Assembly (NCBI RefSeq): GCF_000143415.4
Contig: NW_003314274.1
Coordinates: forward strand, 2,648,623-2,712,622
Length of the DNA: 64,000 nt
Reading direction: 5' to 3'
From: Selaginella moellendorffii
Lineage: Eukaryota; Plantae; Lycopodiophyta
Positions 51,827 to 62,914 of the stretch are shown here, piece after piece (the stretch's first letter is position 1; each line of letters opens with the position of its first letter). A program made the translations under genes and the position numbers. Below the pieces are notes generated by a model. That model saw nothing but the letters and a program-made list of their open reading frames with translations, did not search any database and was not told the DNA's origin.

Positions 51827-53787
51827 GTTCAGAAATGCACAACAATTAGAGCTGACAGATGAAAAGCTAGTAGCTGGAAATAACGTGAGGCCACACGCCA
51901 TTCACCACTGCATCAGATGTCTTGAGGCTGCATCCTAAGATGGCGTGAGGCTACACGTCATCTGTAACCGGACTGCACTCGAGAGCCCAATCGGTGCATG
52001 CCAATGTTGCTACTGAATGGCATGTGGCCTCATGCCATTTTCTACTTGGCCTAAAAGACTTACCATTTGAAGTCGAATGGAGGCGTGACAATCGAGGCCG
52101 GACTCGCTGGCGAATGTGCATTGTTTGTGCAGCGGATCTTAGCAGCAAGGCTACTCTACCACTTACATTTGGAGAGTGGCGCTGAAGTCTCCCGGGACGC
52201 CAAGTGGGCTGCGTGTGGGTGGCAGAGTGGGCGGCAGAGTTGGCGGCGAAGTTACAAACTGGGTGTGTCTTGAAGTGGACGCCGATGCACACGAGCGCGA
52301 GTGTGATGCAAGCGCGAGTGGACACCGATGCACATGAGAAACCTGTAAAGAAGGTAAATGAGCGCGAATGTGAGCGTGATCGTGAGTGGGAGCGCGATGC
52401 GAGCGTGATTGTGCGAGCGCGAGTACGATGCAAAACCTAACCTCACACGCGCGAAATGTCACGACGGTTGGTAATCCCACAACATCATCATTCCTCGGAC
52501 TTGGGCGCCACCATTAATTTCTGGATCGCCGCGCGCATGCATGCACGTGAAATCCAAAAGAAATCCGCAATGTCATCATTCCTTGGACTGCATGCACGCC
52601 AAATCCAAAAGAAAGATCATGATTGGGATATCATTTAATACCCTTGCTATATTTATACCATGCATGATTGGATATTCCAAAGCATCTTGTATTTCCAAAA
52701 ATGCCAGATGTTCAGCTAAATAAAGAATGGTATACAATGTCCTTCTTGATGACCCTGCAAAGAAGCATCTCGATCGGACACCACATGAGACCACACGAGC
52801 CTTACAATGTTTCAGGGGCATTTGCCATAGATCCGACCATTATTTTGCTCCAAGATTGTACAGTTTGGTGTGCATTGACCTTTCCATTGACACTACAAAG
52901 GGACATCACAATCAGATGTGAGATCACAAGAAACCAACTTCACTAACTCTGGTTTCACCAAGATCTACGTAAGGAGTTATAAAATGAAAGGACCCTCTCT
53001 ATTGAAATGTGTTTATGGTCCTAGGGGCATTGTGACATATCAAAGGATTTTGCATCAAGTTCTGTATTTGCATGTTTATCAAGCTACTGAATTGCGAAAC
53101 CCTAAACCCTAAACATGTGGCAAATGCTACGTGAAGAAAGATGCCCTTTCTGGGCAAATGCTGTAAGAGGCAGATGCCGAACAGATGTATCTCAGGCTAG
53201 CGAAGGGGACAAACGAAAGCTAGCTATAAACATGACGGGATGCAAATAGATTACTAGGCTGGTCCTGTGAAAATCAAAAACCATAATTGAAAACATTGAA
53301 AATGCAAAAAGAAAGGTTTATAATATTTTTGAATTTTAAGCAACCAAAGGAATGTAAGTAGGGCATGTGTTTGTAAGTTTAAAAATGCCTCAACCACTTA
53401 AATTCCCAAGTAAATAAAGCTATTTCTATTTTTGGTACAGGTAAACTTTATAGCGTGTGGGCTCATGCAATTTTGAACCCAAAAATGCACCAAAAAATGC
53501 TCGACTAGCATTATTCTTTGAATGGCGTGTGGCCTTATATTGCCATAAATGGACGTACACACATAGCATAATTATTCCTTTACACGGCAAATAATCTTGG
53601 CGCGGATCGCTGACACGGCATGGCAAAGTTCGAATCACTGACATGGCACAGCTGGATCGAGGCAAGGACATGATGTGACAAAGTTCAACTTCTGACAGCA
53701 AAGTCTAGAAGCTACTCAGTTTGAAATTTGTCAGAGGAATCATAAGATCTGAGAAATTAGGGATCCCCCTGGCGGCAGAAATTGGAT

Positions 53788-54657
53788 CCTCAATTTGCAC
53801 CGCACAATGCTTCCAATGGGTAGACTGTTTTTTTCTGTGTCAACAACCTCTAAAATCGCAACTCCAATATCATCCCAGCCCAATTCTTGATTAGCAACCG
53901 CATCTCTTGGATCGACAACTGTGGCTAAGCCCTCAGCTACCACCTGCCCCTCAGGGTTGTTTAGAAACACCTTTGCCTGAATCCATGTAGCACGGTTCTT
54001 AAGATCCACGTGGGAACATGCATCGCACTTGCAGAGGCCATTTTGAAAGTGCAGAAAAGAAGTTATGACCATACAAAAAATGATTGGAGAATGGCCTAAA
54101 TCATAACATACCAAACAACCTCAATAGCATGAGGCCACATGCCATTATTCAAACATGCTATGGACACCCACGTCAAATTTCGCATTCACAAAAATAGCAT
54201 GAGGCCTCATGCCATTAGTGGTACTACTAATGGCATGAGGGCTCATGCCAATTTTGTGAATGCGAAATTTCACGTGGGTGTCAATAGCATGTTTGAATAA
54301 TGGCATGTGGCCTCATGCTATTGAGGTTGTTTGGTATGTTATGATTTAGGCCATTCTCCAATCATTTTTTGTATGGTCTTAACTTCTTTTCTGCACTTTC
54401 AGAATGGCCTCTGCAAGTGCGATGCATGTTCCCCCGTGGATCTTAAGAACCGTGCTACATGGATTCAGGCAAAGGTGTTTCTAAACAACCCTGAGGGGGA
54501 GGTGGTAGCTGAGGGCTTAGCCACAGTTGTCGATCCAAGAGATGCGGTTGCTAATCAAGAATTGGGCTGGGATGATATTGGAGTTGCGATTTTAGAGGTT
54601 GTTGACACAGAAGAAAACAGTCTAACTATTGGAAGCATTGTGCGGTGGAAATTGAGG
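53788..54657. repeat. ~870-bp spacerless inverted repeat (fold-back) centred on GTAC 54221-54224
   Basis: ORF 53740-54114(-) and ORF 54331-(+) share about 105 N-terminal codons with only a few substitutions. The arms pair from 53788 to 54657. Confidence 0.92.
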
Positions 54658-56675
54658 CACTTAGTGTTTGAGAATGTGAAGGATTCACAATCAAACACCA
54701 CTACAACTGATGACAGAACATCTCTTCATGGGAAAAGAAAGTATACCTTCCTAAAGCGCAGCCAAAGGGATCTGAGCAACAAACCGAAAAGGCAGAAAAT
54801 GGCGATGGAGGTTCGAATGGTCTCGACAGTTGCTTGTTGCAAAAGGAGGTGCTGTCAACATGCTGATTGGGATGCTATTGAAAAGGAGAGAGCAAGATAC
54901 AAGACATTGTCCTGGAAGGCAGCTCGCAATTTTGTGTATGAGGCATTACGGTCATCTGTTGATGCTTCAGAACATCAGGTGGGGGGCATGGTCTTCCAGA
55001 GGGGTTTGGTCTGCACTCTTACCTCTGCATCATCCACGACAAAATGGACCAGAAAAAGACGTGCTTACCTCGACTCAATCCTGCCCCCAAGGCAATCTCT
55101 TCATCCATGTAGCTGCCTGTGTCTCTGTTTGGCATAATCGCTCATGGGCATGGTGCCCAGAACTATGGGAACTTCTTTGTACCTCTATGGGGTGGCGGGG
55201 GTGCAAACATGATGATTGCGTCCCTAGCAAAACACTTAAGGTCTCTGCAAAGTGCACAGACTGAGCTAAACGGCCAACCCTTGCATAAGGCCCTTGTTGA
55301 TTGAACCCCATACAGGGTTCAGCTGGAGGAGGAGCAAAGGCTTGCAGTATCGCGTGGGGCCCCATGCCATCCCAGTGAATATGTTGGCCGTCAGATTGTA
55401 GGGTTATCACGTGAGGCCTCATGCCATTCCGACGAGGCTAGTCGCCCGGTGAATGCACAGCCTCATCCAAACGAAGCAGAATCTCAAGGAAGTTCTTGCG
55501 GCCGATGTGGCCTTCCACCCCATCTTCTGCTCCAAACAGACAATGCTGGCAGTGAGAACAAAAACATGTACGTCTTCGCGTACTTGGCGATGCTTGTTGC
55601 CAAAGGCATATTTGAAACGGTTACACTTGGCTTTCTCATGGTTGGGCACACTCATGAAGACGTCGATGCCATGTTCAGTCACCTGGCAGAGTCCCTTCAG
55701 CGATCCAATGTCCTCACCCTCCCACAACTCTACGATGAATTCCAAAATTGCATCAAAGGCACTGTTGAAGCTGCACTTGTGACAGAGGTTCCAGACTTTA
55801 AGGGGTTTCTAAGAGGCTACATTAGGGATGGATCTGAAACGCTGATTGGCCACTCCAAGCCTCTTCAGTTTCATTTCAGCATGCGTGACGGTGCTCCAGT
55901 GATGAGGTACAAGATGAGAGAATGGGACACAGTGTGGCTGCTAGTGGACGGCATTGAACTCTTCAAGAGAGATCCCATAACTGGGGAACCTATGATTCCT
56001 CAGGGTTCCCCACGGCCGATGCACCAGGATGGACTCAAAGACCAAGAAAGTATAGTGGCCGGGATTAGACAGCATATTGCCTTCTGGAAGAGGGGGTTGG
56101 TGTTTGGTGGAGAATCCTATTTTAAGAGGTGCAAGCCTTTGCTTAAATACTAGGAGAAGATTATATCTGCTATCCAAAATGGGCCGGTTGTATATGAAGA
56201 ATTGGAAGAGTCCTTTTGGCCAGAACCCAGAGCACCAGATAGTAGCGGAACAATGTCCTCTAGAAATGCAGTGACAGATAACGATGTTGAGGATCACTAT
56301 TGTGGGCCGAGGAACAAGAAGCCGGATTCAGCATTCAATCCAGTACAGGTCTGCAAAGGAATGGTCGTGCTTGTTAGACCCAGTAATAAAAAACAAATGA
56401 TATGGGTGGGGCGCTGCATCACTGATGCAGAGGAGGATGAGGAAACTAACTCCTTCAATGTAACTGTGGAGTGGTTCAAGCCAAGTTCCGGATATACGAA
56501 GGATTGCCTAGAAAAGAGATGGGTGCTGAATCCAAGGGATCCCAGCATGAGCATATCGATGGATAATGTTGTGCATGGTTGGGTGCAGAAGCAGAGTGCC
56601 ACCATCACCTTGCCAGACCATGCAAGAGATGCAGCAAGAGCATTCATAACCCGGGTTCAAGGTGAGATTCATTAA
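54403..56675 (+). pseudogene. Sola-like DDD transposase pseudogene with an internal deletion and premature stops
   Basis: Candidate catalytic motifs are YLCIIHDKMDQKKTCLP (~55020-55070, shifted frame), LPPHLLLQTDNAGSENKN and FLMVGHTHEDVDAMFS, followed by GHSKPLQFHF. A Cys-rich CCKRRCC lies upstream. The frame break at ~55013 suggests a deletion. Stops at ~55109, ~55302 and 56151. Acceptor tttcag ends at 54402. Confidence 0.8.
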
Positions 56676-56789
56676 TATTCCTTTACTAAGTTTCTAATGT
56701 ATTTTATTTCAAGGTGAACAATCCGAATCTGAATCAGAGGAGGCATGATGGCATGTGGCCTTACGCCATTCCTAGGTGAGATGATACAA

Positions 56790-56889
56790 NNNNNNNNNNN
56801 NNNNNNNNNNNNNNNNNNNNNNNNNNNNNNNNNNNNNNNNNNNNNNNNNNNNNNNNNNNNNNNNNNNNNNNNNNNNNNNNNNNNNNNNN
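56790..56889. other. Assembly gap (100 N)
   Basis: Run of N; the true element length is therefore uncertain. Confidence 1.
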
Positions 56890-57435
56890 TACTTAAAGTT
56901 CAAGGTGAACAAGCCAAATATGAATTCATCGGATTGTTATAACAAATTGCGAGGTGATGGCATGAGGTGATACGCCATTTGAGAGTGGTAGCCATTCCTA
57001 TATGAGGTGAGTGAAATATTTATTAGAAATACCTCATTCAATTGTGCACTTCTAAGTCTTGGTCCACTCAGTACTGTTTGCATGTTTCTATTTTAATTCT
57101 TTCTCTAAAATGTTATTTAGCATGTGGCTTCATGCCATTGCTCTCCACAATCATGCATTGAATTTTTCTATCCTTGCATAATACTTCTCCATATATATAG
57201 CGTATGCGCACATGTGATATGGTTCATTAGGCCTGATATAGTGTGTGAGGTAAAACAAAGATGATGTGACATATGCATTTACCAATCACACGTGCATAAA
57301 TCTAATAATATGGCGTGTGGCCCATATTAATGGCACATAAACCCATATTGTGGGCTTACGTGCTTTATGTACCATCATTCCCTTGCAGCATGTGTGTTGG
57401 TTTCCTTTTATAACACAACGAACTCCATATTTTAG

Positions 57436-57709
57436 GGTGAAGAGCGTTCTCATGGCAAGCACAAAATCTATAAGTGAGGCAGAAAAGGAGACGGAGAAGG
57501 AGATAGGTGAAGATGTAGAATATATAAGTCTTCCAAACTCCCCGTACTATACTCCAGGTGATCATTTTTCTGAACAAACGGCAACATTAACAACTATCGA
57601 GAACGCCCCAGTAACGTCAGAGACAACAATCCAAAGCAAAACAACTGACCCGGAGAAGGATGATAGTACCGCTGAGAGTACCAAAAAGGAGGTGTCCACT
57701 AGCACTTAG
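57436..57709 (+). CDS. Possible terminal exon (acidic, Thr/Ser-rich) of the transposase gene
   Basis: Open frame following catatttttag. Lies inside the TIRs and is flanked by palindromes. No recognisable domain. Confidence 0.3.
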
Positions 57710-58369
57710 GCTTATAATGGCGTGTGCCCTCATGCCATTTACTTGATCACCAAATACCTTTTTCCCTTTGCACTAGTATATCTTAATACCGGTCTGAGAA
57801 ATAGAATGGCATGTGCCCTCAGGCCTTTTACTAAATCACCTTTGAAAGAAATGCAAGCCTCTATGTCGTAAAAAAAAGGTACTAGAGAAATTCCTTAATA
57901 ATATGAATGTTATTTAGTTTCATGAAAATACACTAAGGGTCAAATAAGTTAAATGACTTCTCCAGACTAGCAATGCCTCTTGCTACACCTTCACAATTAG
58001 ATTCGTTAGAAAAAGATAACATTGAATAATATCTAAATGTTCTCACCATTAAGTTATATGTCTGGCTAATAGGAATGACGTTCATCTTGGAAAGCTCACC
58101 ACACGCTCAATGAACAAACAAATAGTGTGTGCGCGCATGCCATCGCTCTTCTTTAGCTTCAGATTCGGCTTGTTCACCTTGACAATGAGATTTATTATAC
58201 AATCAGATGGACTCAGTCTGGACACAAAGTCACCGCGCTAGTCACCATGCCCCAGATATGTCTAGCCCCTGGATAAAAAACATATAATTTCATGTCATTT
58301 TCAAATACTTGAAAATTTGTACCTAGTCCCATTTTACTGAATAAATCCCACTTTAACGAAATAGAGCTT

Positions 58370-58864
58370 CTAAATATAAAATGTCTTTAGATTGCAAATT
58401 TGGACATGGGATGAACACCATTGTATTCAGGACAATCTCTACATTTTGTAGATATGCCAAATGAGCAAATCTAGACACTTTTTATAAATAACATTTGGGA
58501 CTGAAATGAGACTAACATAAAAGGGCATGATAACAAGAGTGTTTGGCAAACGCAATAAGCTATTATTAGTATTATTGAGGGACTAGTCTCAATATGCAAT
58601 TGTTTTTGTCAAGCCAGTGCAAGACAGAGCAAAAGAGAACTAAGAGCGAGGCCGAGTATGCTCAACAAGAAACACATATGAGTTCCTACCTTATGTCCAT
58701 TTGGCTAAGTACAAATGTTAAGCCCAGTAAGCTAACACTTGAACAAGAGGGCTGATAAAAGGAACCAGCAATATCGACCTCCTGCTATCGTGGTAGTAAG
58801 GAAAGAGTGTCCGTAAGGACTAACTGATAGATAACTTTCAATACCTAAAGTCACATTTGCAACA
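58370..58864 (-). mobile_element. Remainder of the family-A LTR split by the DNA transposon
   Basis: Continues 44654-45305. Colinear with ~42990-43485 and ends gtcacatttgcaaca. Confidence 0.88.
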
Positions 58865-59909
58865 CTCACTTTGCAATCCCATACACACGAATTATTGTTG
58901 CTACTCATAGGCCTTTGTATGCCCATCACTACCCTTACCAAAATCCCTTTTATCTTTGTCCAATTCATATAGACGAACTTCTCCCATCTCTGCAACCTTG
59001 GATGTTGGGTAGCACCTCCTATCCATTATTTACTAGGGAATTAGTCCTTTAGATTTAATACCCTTGTGATACCAAACACTATTTCTTAGTATTTTAAAGT
59101 GTTTAGGTATCCTAATGATAGCCATTTTTGACAATAAGCATTTCTTTTTACAACATTAACTTACTATTATGCACCATAAGCAATTTATCCCCTTGAGGAA
59201 TATATCTAACCTTCATGAAGCGGTAAATATTTTATCTTGAGTATTTTCTTAAGCAAAGCAAAAGAGGAAGATTAGGCAAAATAGAGTTACATTTAAGCTT
59301 AGGCATCTAAAGAAAAACCTGACCTAGGCAATAGTCGTCATTAATAAGCAAGTAGTTAAGATCAATTATAAAATCATATAGTATATAAGTAGCACTTAAA
59401 CATGTTGGAAAACAACCCCCACTCACTGTTATATGCATTTGCATTAAATTAATCATCTTTTCTCCCACCTATAATTGTTTGTGTAAAGTAAAGTTGAGAA
59501 AGTGACATATGCTTATCATTACTCATACTTTTGGGGTTCGAGGCCGAGTTCTTTTCTATTTTCTTCTCATTCTTCTTCTCTTCTTTTCTTCCCTACATTT
59601 TTGTCTTTGTTTGTTTGTCACTATTGTATAGGTAGGGGAAAGAATGCAAGTATAGGCAGACAAAGCCTTACTCACTTTTGCCAACCATGGTGGGATAAGC
59701 CATCACTCTTTGGCTTGAAAAAAAATAAGAAGAAAATTTCTTGTGAATTCTAAACGTGCCTAACATTAGGAACTATAAGTAAATTTCATAAGCGATTGCA
59801 GAAGCCTTGAGCCCAAACAACACTAAATGAATGAGCTGTTTTTGTAGTGGCTTGTAGTGGCTTAGTGCCTTGACAACACAAGAAAGATAATTTATCAACT
59901 ATCACATAA

Positions 59910-60835
59910 TACTTGGCCTGGCTTTTTAGTTCTCTCTTGCTCTGTCTTGCACTGGCTTGGCAAGAACCCTCGTGTATTGAGACTAGTCCCTCAATATTGC
60001 TGAATGATAGCTTACCATGTCTACCAAACACCCTCGCTATCATACCCTTTGTGTTGGTCTCATTTTGGTCCCAAATGCTATTTATGGAAAGTATCTAGAT
60101 TCACTCATTTGGCATATCTATGGAATGTAGAGGTTGGCCTGAACACAATAGTGTTCATCCCGTGTCCAAATTCGCAATCTAGTGCCATTCCATATTCAAT
60201 AAGTTTCGAGCTTGTCCCAGAGATTAACTCTTAGTACTAAGGGAGGCTTGGGGTGAAAACCCAAAGCATGTCTTCCTCAAGGGAGGGGGGGGGGCTATGG
60301 GGGGTTCCAAATGTAAAGTAGGGATAGTGGTTGGAATGCATGTCTGACCACCTAAGACATTAGTTTAGCTCTTGCTGGGCTGTGTCACTCCTTGTTCTAC
60401 GTCCAGCTTGGGTCTAAGCCCAAGGTCCATTCCATGGTAGCTAGTGGAGTACCCATATCCTTGCATTAGGCCACCGGGATGCTGAAATAGCGCCAGACTC
60501 TATTTGGCTCCGTTTTGCATGCTGGTCCTAGCATTGGGATGCTGGTTGCTCTAATACTATTTTAAGTTGCTTCGGGCTCTTGTCCCTTTGCTCCTTGGGC
60601 TGTATGTTCAGGAGTTGCTCCGTGGTTTGATTTTGTCACTCCTTGGCTCCATGCTTGGGAGTTTGGCACGATTCCTTCGTTCAATGGCCCAAGGCCCTGA
60701 AACTCAAGTTCTACACCACTATCCTTTGGATATGTGGCATGTGACATGTGACATATAGAGGGTTTAGGTTCCGCTTCCGTGGTTATCCTATGGTAAATCA
60801 CCATAGGACAAAGGGTAAAAACCACGTGCACTACA
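59910..60835 (+). mobile_element. Family-A LTR, 5'-truncated
   Basis: Colinear with ~26460-27293; ends ccacgtgcactaca. Confidence 0.88.
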
Positions 60836-60849
60836 TTGGATAGTAAAAT

Positions 60850-61387
60850 ATAATTGAGCATGTGTAAGATTACTAAGAGGCTCCCAAGTTGATTCACAAG
60901 TTGGATAACCTTTCCACTTAACTAGATACTCTCGACGTTTGTCACATTTAAGCCAGCGTGTGTCCAAAATAGCCTCCACTTCATATTCAAGTTCACCATC
61001 CACAACTTCTTGTGGCAGATGAATCTCTCCGTGTCGTGCAACATCCACAGTATAAGGAGCCAATAGATTGGCATGAAATACATTATGAATATTGGACATC
61101 TCCACATGAAGATCCAACCGATAGGATACATCACCAAGTTGTTTCAACACCCGATAGGGTACAACATATCTCTGTAAAAGTTTCCCAGACAAAGATCCCT
61201 TAATGTTCAAGTTTTGGGAAGATAGCCACACCTGATCTCCCACTTGATAGGATACATCCCGACGATGCTGATCCTTATCACGTCGATACCTATCTTGAGC
61301 TTTGCCAATTGCCTCGTTAGCCCTAGACCAACCTTGGCGTAGCTGCTCCACATAAATCGCAATGGCTGGGAGCAACACATCAGACAT
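60850..61387 (-). pseudogene. Chromovirus integrase C-terminus with GPY/F motif and chromodomain
   Basis: YQVGDQVWLS..KLLQRYVVPYRV..HNVFHANLL..YEVEAILD..EYLVKWKGYP..ESTWEP. Confidence 0.9.
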
Positions 61388-61499
61388 TGGTTTCGGTAAA
61401 ACAATCTATTGAGGCACCCCATGAGCATTCCCTTGCAGCATCTCCCATAGAGAATAGCCTATAGCGCTGTGAAATTGCAAGCGACACCTTACCCACGAC

Positions 61500-62914
61500 T
61501 TTAGTATGGTACATTCTGCCACCCATTAGATACCCACTGCTCTTATACTTGGATCTTATAATCCTCCCCATCCTTGTAGGGTACAACACACCTTAGTCCA
61601 AATCCTTTCACCAGTCCTTTAAGACTGTTCTTTGACTCCCCTTGAGTCATCCAACTCTTTAGACTTTGCTAATGTCACGACCCATAAGGTTCTATTATTG
61701 AGGTGCTAGTTTGTTAGAATACAACTATTTGTATTCATGTCCTACTTATAAGGACCATTCATACGAGTGTGACTCCAACACTTGATTATTTTCCGTTTCT
61801 TATGGGCTGCCTTTGCCCCTTAGGACTACTTGTCCATGTGATGAGAATCCCAACTCATCCTCTAAGTACACCCACAACTTCTTGGCTTATTACAGCATTT
61901 ATAGGTAGCCTCGGCTACCATTTCAAGAACTTGTGTCCTCTTCCATATTTAACCTCCCACAGTCATTAATTATGGTCTCAAATTCATGAGTACCAACCTC
62001 AACTATATGAGAATAACCTTGTAACTCCTTTATTATTTTGGAGTCTCTATCCTTCCCGTGGTTCCAATTATAGTTGTTTACCAAAACTACATTAGCCAGT
62101 TTGCTAAATCAAATGCTCATTTAGATCATATCCTCAACCCTTTAAGGAAAACTTTATACTGTTCCCAAGATGCCAAAGTCATTCCATTATTGACCTTTTT
62201 CTATCCACCACCTTGCCTACAAGTTCACACATGAACTGTAGTGGAGAGCCATGTCTTCCCGACTTGCTACTCCCCAAGGATAGGCACACTCCTAGGACCT
62301 TCCAATGCCAACACTAGTGGTGATATACTTGAGCACTAATAAAAGTCAGACTAAGGAACAGCTCTGATACCAAATTGCAAAAGACTAATTTTTCCATTCT
62401 ACTTTAGTCATTTAACCACACATCTGACCACTTGGAGGAGTCTTATTCACAACCTTCTTAAGTTAAATTCGGGACATGGGACTTGCTAGCCCCGAGAATG
62501 GCATCCATGCCACTCATCCCTTGCACTTGGTCCAAGTGCTCCACGTGTCCGGTCCCAAGACCGACACCCCAAGGTACCACTGACATACTAGCCCATTACG
62601 CTAAGGCCATGCCCCTTCACCTAGGTCACACCGGTGGTCCAACATGATCTACATCGCAGTCTCGTCTCTCAATGATTGGGCCATCCATTCAGGAATGACC
62701 ATCCAAGATCCACTGCTTAGCATCCTTAAGATGCCCGCAGACATGGGGAACCACCTTCCCCAATATCCCCTTTACGGTCCCCACCAAGTCCCTTTTCTAT
62801 CCATGGCTGTGTTCGCCAACACTGCCACTGGGACAAGGCCCACGAGGCCAACCACTAAGTCCTATTGTCCTTTGGGACTTCCTCACCATGTGACCATATC
62901 CTTAGCCACTACAC
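61500..62914 (-). mobile_element. Family-B element 5' part (internal region, PBS 62361-62372, partial 5' LTR 62376-62914)
   Basis: Reverse complement of ~19210-20630; gctctgatacca PBS. Confidence 0.85.

Larger units (their letters stand above)
45692..58143. repeat. Dispersed 22-bp palindrome, consensus ATGGCRTGWGGCCWCAYGCCAT, about 30-35 copies confined to the DNA transposon
   Basis: Examples start at about 45692, 46769, 46844, 48080, 48235, 48371, 48764, 48965, 49106, 50603, 51880, 51940, 52017, 53450, 54124, 54194, 54230, 54300, 55349, 55406, 56748, 56957, 57117, 57717 and 57806. The count is by eye. Confidence 0.9.
45306..58369. mobile_element. ~13-kb cut-and-paste DNA transposon, Sola-like, with perfect 24-bp TIRs and 4-bp TSD CTAA, inserted in a family-A LTR
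   Basis: AAGCTCTATTTCGTTAAAGTGGGA at 45306-45329 and its exact reverse complement at 58346-58369. CTAA at 45302-45305 and 58370-58373. Uninterrupted LTR copies read gaaacttaCTAAatatgg with a single CTAA (e.g. reverse complement of ~26738-26760). Contains a DDD transposase. Confidence 0.92.

Noticed and set aside
49695-51845. Bacterial or phage contamination as the source of the ParB/MTase-like ORF
   Set aside because: The gene has spliceosomal introns and lies within TIRs/TSD inserted into a host LTR.
52456-53740. Several 60-90-aa ORFs between the transposon's two genes
   Set aside because: Short, overlapping on both strands and without motifs; treated as the intergenic/promoter region.
58870-59900. 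Possible further LTR element (PBS-like gtgatacca near 59066 followed by AT-rich DNA)
   Set aside because: No clear TG..CA boundary, second copy or TSD in the window.
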